This document shows, piece by piece, positions 13,577 to 26,790 of a stretch of DNA of 64,000 nt; the stretch's first letter is position 1, and every line of letters begins with the position of its first letter. The position numbers were made by a program, and so were the translations under genes. The notes under the pieces were generated by a model that was not told the origin of the DNA, did no database searches, and saw only the letters and a program-made list of their open reading frames with translations. This DNA is from Mobula hypostoma (Eukaryota), in contig NC_086108.1 of NCBI RefSeq assembly GCF_963921235.1, positions 28,770,001-28,834,000 of the forward strand, given 5' to 3'.

Positions 13577-14387
13577 CAGAGAATTCCAGTTAATTAGGCC
13601 TTCGTTTAATTGGGCAGCTGTTTATTTGGGCCAACCCTTAAAAAACAAAAGCAAATCGAGAAAATAGCTGGTTTCCCTTCGATATTTGGGACACTATGCC
13701 GCTTAATTGGGACAGGAGACTGTTGCTGAACAGTTTCTAACCAGCATCAGTTGCATTCATGTCATGTGGTCCTTAAGACACTGCACCTTGCTTAGAGGGA
13801 ACAGTTATTAAATATCACTAGTTGCCTGTGTTAGTATTCAAAAAGCAGTGATTTTTGTCACTGATAGTTGGTGAGACATGAACGGTAGGACAATTCAAAA
13901 CTATTTTGTTCATTACAGTTTCAAGCATTCAGGCTTGGAGATGACAGAGTGAAGATAAAACAATTTCACTACTTCAACAAGTTAGGCACTATGAGAGATT
14001 TGAAGATACCACCAATCATTTTGAATATTACAATGAAAATAAAGATTTGAAGGTGGCAATCATTGAAAGCATTCGTTGAAGACAGTTCATTATCTGCACT
14101 GGGTGTCTGCCCTGATTTTGTACATTTACAGTCAATCAAAAGAACACAGTACACTAGATGATTTCCTCTGTAGATAACTATTAGGAACTAATACAGTTTT
14201 ATAGTATATAGCAGTTTTGGCAGTGTTCTAATTTGTTCCGTATTTAAATTAAATACATAATTTGTTACTCAGTTTGTCTTTGTTATACCTTTTTAACTAT
14301 TTCCATGAAAGCTTGGCTCATGGGCATCCGCTTAATTGGGCCTAAATGTAATGGCCCCAACGTATCCCAATTAACCAGAATTGACTG
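13577..14387. mobile_element. Pogo/Tigger-like non-autonomous DNA transposon
   Basis: Imperfect TIRs cagagaattccagttaattagg / cccaattaaccagaattgactg, TA on both sides, subterminal gcttaattggg repeats. Confidence 0.75.
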
Positions 14388-15059
14388 TATTTAACATAAC
14401 AAGCTATGATAATTTAATATCAAAGTCCACAAGGAATACATTCATTGCAGACTTCATCAAAAGGATCTTAAGAGTTTTATTTTTGCACAACTAAATCATA
14501 TGTTTTGCGTGTGTAGCGACTTAAGTTCACCATCTGTCTACTGGGAGTGTTCAACAGAATACATAATAAACAGTCTTAAATCTGTTATTGGGTTTATTTG
14601 AACAATGTTTCATGAGTTAATTTTTGATTACACAAAGCTATGAAAAGCACAGGGATATTCATAACAACTTTAATTCCATTTCCTTACTTCATAAAACTCA
14701 ATTTATTTTCTTTTGAAGCTTCTTCTTGCTGGTGTTTTAATGAGGATGAGATTTACTGGCAGACAGAGCAAGATGTATTTTTGGACTTTGATAAATTACC
14801 CATTGATTGCAGGTATGCATGCAAAATATAAAATCTCTAACCATATAACAATGAAAGTCAGCTTGGAAAACATAGTAAATAGGTTAAAATCACATACTCA
14901 ATTTAAGTGCATCATTTTACTCTGTGAGGAAAGAAGTTTCGCTCTGCCTAGTTAAATAGTAGCCAATCTTGATACGATAATGGAGAAATGGGAAACAGGA
15001 AGCCGTTACATATTCAAATACTAGAATTAGCCAGGAGGAGCATTAAACACCAAACTTAC

Positions 15060-15120
15060 CCTTTCAATCTTTTCATCTAGCATCTTGAAGAACTCTTGTT
15101 GACTGTCTGAAGTGTGAATA
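15060..15120 (-). CDS. C1orf21: C1orf21-like coding exon (61 nt), (N)IHTSDSQQEFFKMLDEKIER
   Basis: Acceptor ccttttAG and donor GTaagt on the minus strand; peptide resembles human C1orf21 NMHISESQQEFFRMLDEKIEK (recalled); phase matches exon at 33033-33109. Confidence 0.9.
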
Positions 15121-17069
15121 CTAAAAGGAATATTTAAAAACAGAATTATAAAAATATTTTCTGTACAGTGCAAGGAACTCCAGCATTCAACACTCATAAT
15201 TTTTCCCAAGAATGAGTCTACACTATAATGATTATAAATTCATAGTATTGTACAAAACATACAATTATGTTATTAAACTAGTTCAGGGTCGGTGGCCTCT
15301 TCAGGTAACAATTATTCATAAGCAGTCCACATTTTGTTAAATGAATCCACATATTACTCCATTAAAAGATGCAAAAGAAAAACCAGTTCTCATTAATGAA
15401 TACTTCATTCTCAACACTCTTATTCTTTTGTCAGAAATTGTCATCTCAACCAACAACCCACAACAAACAGGATTTCATGCATTTCAAAATTGTAAGTTGA
15501 GAAGGCAGAAGTAGATTTTTTAAAAAAAAGTATTATTTGAATGAACAAAACATCTATTAAGAGATCCCAAAGTGAAAAAACTGCATTTTAAATAAAACTT
15601 TGTTATGAAAGGAATTAGCAGAAACAGTCACCATTAATGTAATCAAAATACAGCATTGATCCAAAATGGACAAAAATCTGAGAAAAACTGAAACATGGGT
15701 ATGTATGTTTACCATATAGGTGGAAAGCAGTAAATAACAATATAGATTGCTAATCTTTCGAAACAAGTTGTGGTATCTGTATAATACAGTAAACCATACT
15801 CCATGACAAAAGACTTAATTATCGATGTTCAATCTCCTTTCTCCGCCACAGATCGACTACACTTTACTCAGTATCATTTGTACTTGCTGAGTATCATATT
15901 TACATAGAGCTTGACCTCAGCTTTCTTTGGGAACTGTGGAGCTTGCACACTTGCTTCAGTAGGGCCACAGAGTCATGTATAAAACCTTTACAATAAATGG
16001 AGGATATGACGCCTTGCACCAGAACATCATTAGATCAACTGGCTGCTGCATAAAATTGATCAAAAACATCTAATTGCTCATTAGATCACTGATCCTCAAT
16101 GTCTTACTTTTATTTAAGCATGAAAAAACGTTTGATTTAAAGTAACAAAACTACAGAGATTATTTAGATTCAATATAGATCAAATACAGAATAATCTTTT
16201 TATCATTTCAAGAGTATTAGTTCAATTCTAACATTGTTCAATTAACATTCATGAGACTAGCAGCTGACAGGGCCTTACTAAACAAAATAGTTAATATTTC
16301 CTTTCCCTGCAAATGAAAGGACTGTTTTCAGAGCCATTAATATGAGGGTACAACCTTTGGTGTTAGCCTTGAAGTTTTTCTTTGTGCAGAAACAAGCAAC
16401 AGAAGTCTGGGAAATGAAAAAAAAGTGGAAACCCTGCAATCAGTGTCTGACATCTGACGAATCAACAGGCAAATTATTCTGATCAAGTTGTGATGGAGTG
16501 TCCCGCCCAAAACTTCAATCCATTACTTCCATATGCTTGCCCTTCTGAACTAAATGTCAACCACTTGTCTTTGATTGCTGTTAAGTATTTTTCATTGCTT
16601 TAGAAACATATTAATTAACTCAATAGCTACCGTTGGCAATTTGTCTGTGCATAGTTCGAGGTGGCAGATGGTTTTCCCTTGGGTGAACAAACACATAATT
16701 CAGGTACCATGTACAAGGATAAGAATTTACATATCTTATGACCAACAAAGGTTTTTAAATTTGACAAAGATCTTGGCACTGATAATCAGGTACTGCAATT
16801 CAACATTTACAAGTTCTGAATGAAGATCTCTGGTCCAATTAAAAGGAGGTAGGATTAGTCCTCTTCTTCTGCAGTTACTGTTTTCCACCCTAAATAAATG
16901 GTTTACAACTCAAAACAACAAAAGCATGCTGAATTCCAACTCAACAGCTATTTGGTATCAACAAACAACTGCACAATATCTCGCTAAATGCCAAATTCTG
17001 ACTAAAGGAACACAGTAGATATCAATCCCTGAACTCCTGCACCTCCAAGTTATTTTTCCGATATTGGGT

Positions 17070-17425
17070 TTAGCTAGCATGAGCTCCATCTTGAGCACAA
17101 GCCTCCCCACCATTGAGGACTTTACAAAAGGCAGTCCTCAAGGCAGCAGCATTCATCTTGCAGGACTCTTACTATCCTAGATATGCCCTCTTCTCATTAT
17201 GACCATCTGGGGATAGGCAGGAGCCTGAAAACCTAACTTTTTAGGAACAGCTTCCTCCTCTGTACCATCAGCTTTCTGAATGGTGCATGCACACTGCCTT
17301 GCTATTCTTCTTTTGCTGTATTCATGTTGACATAAGAGTAATTTTTAATGTTTTATTCTGCACCACTGCTACAAAACCAGAAGCTTTATGGCATGCCAGT
17401 GATAATAAACCCGATTCTGATTCCT
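17070..17425 (+). mobile_element. Decayed Rex/Babar 3' end
   Basis: Ends gtgataataaacccgattctgattc like other copies. Confidence 0.55.
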
Positions 17426-17809
17426 GAAAGGGTACGTGTTTGTCTGTAGGAACATAGCTGTATTGTACTCAGATGGGCTAAGGGAAGAATGGGACCAAGG
17501 ACATTTTTACAGTAATCAACCTCAATGCCTTGATGTCCCACCCTACTTCACATTTCAAATTCAATGTCCCACCAGCACCTGTAACCTTGACCTCAACCTT
17601 GCTTAATTTTATCCAACTACATCCTCACAGTAACTATTGGCGATAAAATGCACTGATGATACTCATCTAGATACTCTGGCACCACCTCTAAAATTCCCAA
17701 CCTCAACCACCGATAGGGACAAGGGCAACAGGTGAAAGGAAGAACTATCACCCAAGGATTCACTTCAAGTAGCACATCAACCTGGCCTGACCTGGAAATA
17801 TTTCGCTGG

Positions 17810-17894
17810 AACACACATCAAAGTTGCTGGTGAACGCAGCAGGCCAGGCAGCATCTGTAGGAAGAGGTGCAGTCAACGTTTCAGGCCGAGACCC
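17810..17894 (-). mobile_element. 85-bp Penelope tail insertion in an old LINE 3' end
   Basis: Perfect 11-bp TSD tatttcgctgg at 17799-17809 and 17895-17905. Confidence 0.85.
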
Positions 17895-19202
17895 TATTTC
17901 GCTGGCCCTGAATTGTTACTGGGTCTACATCCTCGTAGTTCAGACCCAGTAGCACTGTGGGAGCAGGAATGTAGTAGCTCAAAGTGGTGGTGTCCCTCCT
18001 GCTTCTCAACAGTAACACAGCTTGGGAATTAAATGATGGCCCTGCTAAAACACTTGATTCCCAAAGAATGAATGAGAAACAACAATGTGGAAAAGTTGTT
18101 TCAGGTGAGATTGTCAATTTACGTGGCTTGGAATCCTTGTGAAAGGTTTTACTCTGCATCTCCTACAGATTTTTGTGTGATGCGCTGATTTCAGCATTTT
18201 TATTTTTGCATTTTCTAAGTACATGCCATTACCCCCCCACCCCACAATGCCCACTTGAAAGTCACACCTCACAGTTTCAAAACTTATACATTATCAAACA
18301 TTACTGAGCCTGAAAGCTGCCAGATATTAATCTAGATAAAGCACATCGGTAGTGCAATGTTAAACTGGAATACTTCAGCACGGAGAATATGTGTTTCATA
18401 AATCAACTAGGGAACAAAATAACAGTCAAATACAACAAGCCCATGACCTTGGAATCATAAATTTCAGTAATAGATCACAATGTCCACTAAACAAAGTGCT
18501 ATCATCGCCATGTAAAAAAACATTCACCGATAATTCGAATCTATTTTGGGGCAGTGGAGAGCAGAACAGAGGGTGGGGAGGGAAAGAGGGTAGTGTATGT
18601 TCACAATCAAAACTACTACCATTGTTGTCAAATTAAGGATAAGGCCTAAAAAGGACTAAAATCCAGACTCACTTAACAGATGGCACGGAATTACTAAATC
18701 ATTCCTTATATTTTGGAACAAAACCTTGCCTGCCCGAACACCCCTAAGGTAGTTTCAGATTTACCCCTAATTGACAAAACCCTATCACAGTCAAATTTCT
18801 GACATAGGAAATGGGAGCAAACCGGAGAAGTATTTTGAAGGAATCACAACGAGTAGTGATCCTAATAGAACAAGCAGTAGGACCTCTTTATTGCTCTTAC
18901 ATTGCTGGACAGATCAGGAGGGAATGTCATCAGGGGTTGAGTCACTGAGTCACAGAACTATTAGAAATGGAAGAGCAGCACTGAGGTAAATCTGGTTTTG
19001 TTTTGTGGAAGGAGAATTGGAAGGGAGGATAAAGGTTTAAGAACTAGATACAACCAATGAGGATGCACTAAGAATGACCAAAGGGAACTGAAAGATGGTT
19101 GAGGCATTGCAATGATGTGCTTTCCTGCTCTTTATGAAAGAAAGGGTTGCCTTTATATTGCATCATTAATGACCTTGGGGTGACCCAGAATTTCCACCAG
19201 CT

Positions 19203-19460
19203 CCTTCCTAGCGTGTCGCACTAGACAGTCAGCCATTCTTGTCTGGCATGTGGTGTCAGGATTGGTCTCCTTTCGGATTAACCGGGTCACGATATGAACA
19301 TTCTTGACTCGACCCTTGTTTTTTTACGAGGCTGAGTGGCTAGCTCAGCGCTCGACATGGCACGGATGGAAAGCGTGCTTGGGGGGTGGCCCAACTTGGA
19401 TTCAAACTCGGGGGCCTTCGCTCCAAAGTCCGGCGCTGATGCTACTGCGCCACCAGCTGA
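19203..19460 (-). mobile_element. tRNA-derived SINE
   Basis: Minus-strand head gctggtggcgcagtagcatcagcgccggactttggagcg..gagtttgaatcc with A/B-box-like motifs; ccaccagct repeated at both ends. Confidence 0.65.
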
Positions 19461-20334
19461 TGATGTATTTTCAGAAGGGTTACATGATGTTGTAATGCAA
19501 GGGGATGTTTATCTGTCTCTGCAAATATGGCCTCCCATCCGCATTGATTGACAGTTGCCAAACAGAGATTTTGGTAACTGTCAAAGCTGCTGGCTTCAAG
19601 CCTTTCCAATACCTGGTTGTTTCCTGTTCTTACAGAGCCACGCAGACCTGTCCTGATGTTACTGGGTTTGTGCATGGCCGCAATCTTTCAATTCATTATT
19701 GTGGAGGACCTTGCTTCTGCTTTTCCCAGAAACCACTTCCCCTCGCCACCCACCAGTGTTGGGGAAAGTTTCTGCCTGGCCAAGAGCCAGACAAATTTGA
19801 TGCAGTAGAAGCTGAAAATAACTGTCATTCTAACAACCAAACTAGCAGTGCCAAATTCTTTGTTTGAGCAGAGCAAGAAATCCGAAGAGGCAAAAGGGAA
19901 AAGAATTGGTAGCTGATGTTGAACAGAAATACTAACACATGCACAAAATTTCCCCAGTAGTGAATAGAATGAGCTTTGGCGGGGATTGGGCCAGGCTCTG
20001 CAAGTGAAGCAATTTACTATTTCCTATCCTTTACATTTTATTCAGGGATTTCGAAATGGTTAAGTTTTATTGAAAAAGATCATGTGTTATTCCTTTTTTA
20101 AAAAAACATGAGGCTGTTCTTTAGTGGATGTTTATTTGATGCATTGATTAATGACTTGTGCTGTATTGACAATCTGAATGGAAAATCCTACAAGAAGTTG
20201 TGGATTCAGCCCAGTCCATCACAGGAAAAGCTCTCCCAAATTTGAGCACATCTACATGAAACGCGGTTGCAGGAAAGCATCGTCCATCATCAGGGACCTC
20301 TGCCACCCAGGACATACTCTCTTCTTGCTGCTGC

Positions 20335-20855
20335 CATCCTTCTCTCCAGAGTAAAGCCCAAGCTCCCTTAATCTCTGATCATAATCCATACTCTCTAAAC
20401 CAGGCAGCATCCTGGTAAATCTCCTCTGTACTCTTTCCAGCGCTTCCACATCCTTCCTATAGTGAGGTGATCAGAACTGGACACAGTACTCCAAGTGTGG
20501 CCTAACCAGAGTTTTATAGAGCTGCATCATTACATCGCAACTCTTAAACTCTATCCCTTGACTTATGAAAGCTAACACTCCATAAGCTTTCTTAACTATC
20601 CTATCCACCTGTGAGGCAACTTTCAGGGATCTGTGGACATATACCTCCAGATCACTCTGCTCCTCCACACTACCAAGTATCGTGCCATTTACTTTGTACT
20701 CTGCCTTGGAGTTTGTCCTTCCAAACTGTACCACCTCACAGTTCTCCAGGTTGAGCTCCATCTGCCACTTCTCAGCCCACTTCTGCATCCTATCAATGTC
20801 TCTCTGCAATCTTCAACAATCCTCTAGACTATCCGCAACACCACCAACCTTTGTG
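20335..20855 (-). mobile_element. CR1 LINE RT/3' fragment
   Basis: [53 protein letters not shown]. Confidence 0.85.
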
Positions 20856-21039
20856 TTGTTAGGGTAGGGAGACAATGGTACAGCAGTCTAAACAAAGTGA
20901 CAGAAGAAATATGTAAATAGGATCTGATGGACAATTTTTTCCACAAAGACAGTGATGGATAAATGAATTGTCAGAAGCGGTAGGGGTGGGTGCAGTTACA
21001 AGGTTTAGAATGCATTTGTACAGATACATGGATAAGGAG

Positions 21040-21576
21040 TGTAACACCCTGGGAAAGGTTTCACTGCTAATGTAGTGGTCTTTCTGTAGAAGCAGCGTGT
21101 GGGTTATGGTTAGAGATAACGGGTGCTTTGGAATGTGAGCTGTCCAATGAAGGGAATGTCTTTTCGTGTTGTATGCCCGACATCGGTGTGAGCTGGGTCT
21201 TTGATTTGGTGGGAGATGAAGGGAGAAGACACGGGAGAGAAGAAGTTGTGGGACTCGAGCCAGAGTGGGGCCATGATTTGACGAAGCCCGGGGAGATTGA
21301 AGGAGGATCGGTGAAGGGGAAACCATGAGCTCCAACTTGTGCACATTAGACTGTTTAATTAAAATGGGCCCTTTTCTTTACTAACCCTTTAGTTAATTAA
21401 CTGTGTAATTGTACTGTCCGTTATTTTGTGGTACTGATTTGTAACAGGGTAACGAACCACGCAGCATCCACACACACGGGGGGTTTTGACGGGCTTGCGC
21501 TTCAATCTCACACGTTTGGCGGAGCCGGAGACTGTCTTCCCTAGACTTACACAGCCGACAGAACCGGAGTGTTTCG
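21040..21576. mobile_element. Solo LTR (537 bp) inserted in a CR1 3' UTR
   Basis: Termini tgtaacac / gtgtttcg; 4-bp TSD ggag at 21036-39 and 21577-80; CR1 sequence resumes on both sides. Confidence 0.75.
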
Positions 21577-22349
21577 GGAGGATTTAAAGCGATGTGAGCT
21601 AAATGCAGGCAACTGGAACTAGCTTAGACAGGCTTATTAGCTGGTACAGCCCATTCTGTGATGTATAACTCTATAACAAGGCAGTTGCCCTAACCAATGT
21701 AGTGCTAGACCAAACAGCGCTTAATAAAACCTTGTAGTGGCAGGAAATTATACAAATGGCATTATAAGCATAGAATGCCAACAGTTAAAAATTCCTGAGG
21801 AAATATAAAGAAGAAACTTCAAGAAACAATACTCCCCACTCACAGCACTTGAACCTCCTTGAACCATCTCCCTTTTTATCAAATACTCTATTTTCTGGAT
21901 ACAGTGACCTTAAATTCAGTCTTCTTGCATCAATCAGCAGGAAGCTATACATGCATTGTGGAGAGAGTATCTAGAGTAAATGTGATATAGACAATATATC
22001 ACCAAGCCAAGGAAGATGTAACTACTCTATCTTGTGGGGCAGATACAGATTTTAATTTCATTCCACAAGTTATTTCCTGCAGAGACTTCTAATAACTTAC
22101 AAGGTATCATATTAAAAAAACAGATTAACTAAATATTAACATTAATGATTATTATTATGTGACTTCAAAAGAATTTTAGAGTCAAGCAAGCAGAACATCC
22201 AACCACTCATACTTATGGAATAGACTATTCGCATGCCAAACCTGGAAAGACTACCGTACATTTTTCTGACTCTCAAAGTTCCTTGCATTTCCTACCAGAT
22301 GGATGAAAACAAAGACTAGAAAACGCAAACCTCTAAATAAGATCTTATG

Positions 22350-24740
22350 ACACATGAACAGAATTAGGCCACCTGGCCCACTGAGTCCACTACACCGTTC
22401 CATCATGGCTGATTTGTTGTCCCTCTCAATCCCATTTTCCTGCATTTGCCCCATAACCTTTAGCATCCTGACTAATCAAGAACCTATCAAACTCCACTTT
22501 AAATACACTCAATGACTGGGCCTCCACAGCTGATGTGGCAATGAATTCCACAGAATCATCACCCTCTGGCTAAAGAAGCTCCTCCTTATCTCTGCTCCAA
22601 ATGGATGTCCCTCTAACCCGAGGCTGTGCCCTCTGGTCTTAAGACTCCCCCACTATGGGAACCATCCTTTCTACATCCAATCTATCTAGGCCTTTCAATC
22701 TTCAAAAGCTTTCAATGAGATCCTCCCTCATTCTTCTAAACTCAGGCGAGTACAGACCCAGAGCCATCAAATGTTTCTCATATGTTAACCCTTTCATTCC
22801 CTGGAACCTCCTTGTGATCCTCCTCTGGATGTTCTCCAATGCCAGCACATCTTTTCTCAGATAAGTGGTTCAAAACTGCTCACAATACTCCAAGTGTGGT
22901 CTGAACAATACCTCATAAAGCCTCAGCATCACATCCTTGCTCTTAAGTTCGAGTCCTCCCAAAATGAATGCTAACAATGCATTTGCCTTCCTCACCACTG
23001 ACTCAACATGCAGGTTAACCGTTAGGAAATCCTGCACAAGAACTGCCAAGTCCCTTTTCACCTCCAAATTTTGAAACTTTTCCCCATTTAGAAATTGTCC
23101 ACACTTTTATTCTTTGACCATACACTTTCCTGCACTATATTCTATCTACCACTTCTCTGCCCATTCTCCCAATCTGTCTAAGTCCTTCTGCAGTCTCCTT
23201 GCTTCCCCAACATTACCTGCTCCTCCACCTACCTTTGTGTTGTCTGCAAACTTGGTAACAAAGGCATCAATTTCATCATCCAAATTGTTCACATATAATG
23301 TGAAAAGAAACAATCCCAATACCGACATCTGCAGAACACCACTAGTCACCCACAGCCTACTAGAATAGGCTCACTTTATTCCCACTTTGGTCTTTGACTA
23401 CAAGTACCTTGGGTCAAGAATGATGAGTTCAGAGAAAGATATAAAGATACCGAAGGCGCTGGCGTGGAGGGCTATGAACGACATGAAGGAAATCTGGAAG
23501 TCAAACCTGACCAGAGGGTTTAAAAAGAAGATCTTCATAGCAGTCATAGAGTGTCCATGTCTCCATTCTCATGTACGGATGTGAGACGTGGACATTCACC
23601 AAGACGATGCGAAAGTCTCTAGATGGTTGCTATACAATAATGCTCCGGATGGCTCTTGACGTGAGTTGGCAACAGCACATGACGAACGTTGAGCTCTGTG
23701 ATGACCTACCAATGCTCACCACTAAAATCGAGGCGAGAAGACTGCAACTAGCGGGGCACTGTCTACGCCACCCCGAGCTACCTGCCAGTCTAATCATCAT
23801 ATGGGAGCCCAAGCACGGGAGGATGAACCCTGGGCGCCCTCCCAAGGCTATGGTCAGCACACTCCTAGAAGACAGCGGCGTGGTTACTGTAGATGAACTG
23901 AACACACTGATGAGGGAGAGGGAGAAGTGGAGAGTCCGTCATCGTGCCCGACGCCAGCCCCCTAGGCCTGAGTCGATGTAGCAGTAGTAGTTATTCCCAC
24001 TCTTTGCCTCCTGCTAGCCAGCCAAACTTATATCCATGCTAGTACCTTTCCTGAAATACCATGGGTTCTTACATTGTTAAGTAGCCTCATGTGCAGCACC
24101 TTCTCAAAGGTCTTTCGAGAATCCAAGTAAACAACATCCACTGACTCTTTGTCTATGCTGCCTGCTATTCCCTCAAAGAATTCCAACAGATTTCCTCTTA
24201 AGGAAACCATACTGACTTTGGCCTACTTTATCAAGTGCCTCCAAGTACCCCTAAACCTCATCCTTAATAATGGACTTCAACATCTTCCCAAACACTGAAG
24301 TCAGTCTAAATGGCCTACAATTTCCTTTCTTTTGCCTCCCTCCCTTCTTAAAGAGTGAAGTGATATTTGCAAGTTTCCAGTCCTCCAGAACCATCCAGAA
24401 TCTAGTGATACTTGAACAATCATTACGATTGTCTCCACAATCTCTTCAGCTGCTGCTTTTAGAACCCTGGTGCATAGTCTACCTAGTCCAGATGACTCGT
24501 CTACTTTCAGACCTTTCAGCCTCCAAAGCATTATCTCCCTAGTAATAGGAACTGCACTCATTTCTGCCCAACACCCTCAAATTTAGTGCATACTGCTCCT
24601 GTCTTCCACAGTGAGGACTGATGCAAAATACTTAATCTGCCATTTCTTTGTCTTCCATTAGTAGCTTTCCAGCATCATTTTCCAGCAGTCCACTATCAAA
24701 TCTCACCTCTCTTTTACTCTTTATATATCTGAAAAAAGTC
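22350..24740 (-). mobile_element. CR1 LINE (RT to 3' end), interrupted by an RTE
   Basis: VDVVYLDSRKTFEKV, SGVLQMSVLG..TKFADNTKVGG, LYEVLFRPHLEYC. Confidence 0.85.
23387..23990 (+). mobile_element. 5'-truncated RTE-clade LINE
   Basis: YKYLGS, YGCETWT..LDGCYTIMLRMAL..RRLQLAGHCLRH; gtagcagtagtag tail; 11-bp TSD ttattcccact at 23376-86 and 23991-24001. Confidence 0.85.
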
Positions 24741-24859
24741 TGGGACTTAAGGAAGAGTAAACTGTACCAAGATGTTAAACAAGTACATTTAGGTAATTTG
24801 ATTGCATTATCCAAGTTATTTGTAGAGGACACTCTCTGTGTCTCTCTGGTCCGCTAACC

Positions 24860-25554
24860 ACCCTCTACCCATCCCTTCTGGAACCCTGTAACTGCAGATG
24901 CTTATTCCTAAACCACCTCCCTCACTACCATTCAGAAACTTAAACAGCCTCTCTAGGTGAGGCAAGGATTTACTTGCACCTCTCCAACCTTGGCTATTGC
25001 ATTCGGTATTCCCAATGTGGCCACCTCTACATCGGAGAGACCAAGCCTGGACTATGTAGTTGGTTTGTGAAACACTCTACACTTCATACAATGGCCTTCC
25101 CAGCCCAAGGTGACAAGCCACTTCAATAACCCCTCCCCTTCTCCTGACAACCCTGGCCTTCTCCACTGCCCTGCTAAGGCCCAATGCAATCTAGAGGAAC
25201 AACACTTCGTTTTGCCTGGGTAGTTTACGATCTAATGATACAAAAATTGGATTCTCCAATATCAGGTAATCCTTCCCTTCTAATCTTTCCCAAACATTCT
25301 CTCTCTGATCCAACTCCATTCCTCCCATTTATGTCCCCATTTCCAAGCATCCATTCCAGTTCCCTAACGCTCATTTTTGGCACACATTCCCTCCCGGTTC
25401 CATCTACTGGTTTCCCTCTTTGGTTCCATCTGCCTTTCACCTCTCCCATAATCGATCCCAGTATTACTTTTCTTACTTATCAGATACCACACATAGAGCC
25501 TTTGTCACCAACTGGTCTCTGATTCCACCTTTGCCCTTCCAATTATGGTCCATC
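24860..25554 (+). mobile_element. Old Penelope-like fragment (GIY-YIG remnant + 3' region), continues at ~29308-29490
   Basis: tattgcattcggtattcccaatgtggccacctctacatcggagagacc (..CGHLYIGET), aligns by eye to 38050-38340. Confidence 0.7.
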
Positions 25555-25705
25555 AGCGAATCAGCCGAGACCGGGAGGGGGAGCAGCGCCGGGACCCCAC
25601 CAGGTAGGAGAGAGGTCCGGCAGGGAGAAAGACCCTTTCCTCCTCCCCCTCTCCCTTTCTCTCCGCACACTGGTCTCCTACACTCTGCTCATCACCCCGC
25701 CCCCC

Positions 25706-26618
25706 CGTCTCTGTAACCCCTACACTCCCCATCCTCCTGTTCAAACCCCTCGCTCACCCCCATCTCTGTAATCCCACACTCCCTGTCCTCCTGTTCAAAC
25801 CCCTCCCTCGCCCCCGTCTGTAATCCCACACTCCCCATCCTCCTGTTCAAATCCCTCCTTCGCCCCATCTCTGTAATCCCACACTCCCCCCTCCTGTTCA
25901 AACCCCTCGCTCGCCCCCATCTCTGTAATCCCACACTTCCTGTCCTCCTGTTCAAACCCCTCCCTCACCCCCTCCCTATCTCTGTAACCCCTACACTCCC
26001 CATCCTCCTGTTCAAACCCCTCCCTCACCCCCCTCTATCTCTGTAACCCCAACACTCTCCCCTCCTGTTCAAACCCTTCCCTCACCCCGTCTCTGTAATC
26101 CCACACTCCCCATCCTCCTGTTCAAACCCCTCCCTTGCCCCATCTCTGTAATCCCACACTCCCTGTCCTCCTGTTCAAACCCCTCCCTATCTCTGTAACC
26201 CCTACACTCTCCCCTCCTTTTCAAAGCCCTCCCTCACCCCCCCGTCTCTGTAATCCCACACTCCCCCCACCTGTTCAAACCCCTTGCTCATCCCCGTCTC
26301 TGTAATCCCACACTCCCCATCTTCCTGTTCAAACCCCTCCCTTGCCCCCGTCTCTGTAATCCCACACTCCCTGTCCTCCTGTTCAAGCCCCTCCCTCCCC
26401 GTCTCTGTAATCCCACACTCCCCATCCTCCTGTTCAAACCCCTCCCTCACCCCATTTCTGTAATCCCACACTCCCCCCTCCTGTTCAAACCCCTCGCTCG
26501 CCCCCATCTCTGTAATCCCACACTCCCTGTCCTCCTGTTCAAACCCCTCCCTCACCCCCTCCCTATCTCTGTAACCCCTACACTCACCCCTCCTGTTCAA
26601 ACCCCTCCCTATCTCTGT
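25706..26618. repeat. C-rich minisatellite, ~17 units of ~50-60 bp
   Basis: Unit ctctgtaatcccacactccccatcctcctgttcaaacccctccctcacccc(g/a)t, with higher-order block similarity (~25885-25995 vs ~26475-26585). Confidence 0.95.
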
Positions 26619-26620
26619 GT

Positions 26621-26790
26621 AGGGAGCTCTGAGGAGAGGGAGTACCTTTGGTGCTGATAGCTGCGCCTCACTAAGGTGGGGATGGAAGGCATCACTGGAC
26701 CTCACTCATCTCCTAATTCTCTCACTTGTTGGCTCCTCATGCCACACCCTGGAAACCGCTTCAGCTAGCGGGCGAAAACAAGTGAGAGGG
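26621..26790 (+). ncRNA. HDV-like (delta) self-cleaving ribozyme motif, mutated, at the RTE 5' end
   Basis: P2 ctctcacttgtt(26719-30)/aacaagtgagag(26777-88); P3 ggc/gcc with L3 tcctcat; P1' acaccct; P1.1 gg; P4 ccgct/agcgg; J4/2 gcgaa with catalytic C at 26773. Confidence 0.75.

Noticed and set aside
25692..26705. Repetitive ORFs and CRISPR-like periodicity
   Set aside because: Units are degenerate tandem copies with no unique spacers and no cas genes; eukaryotic minisatellite
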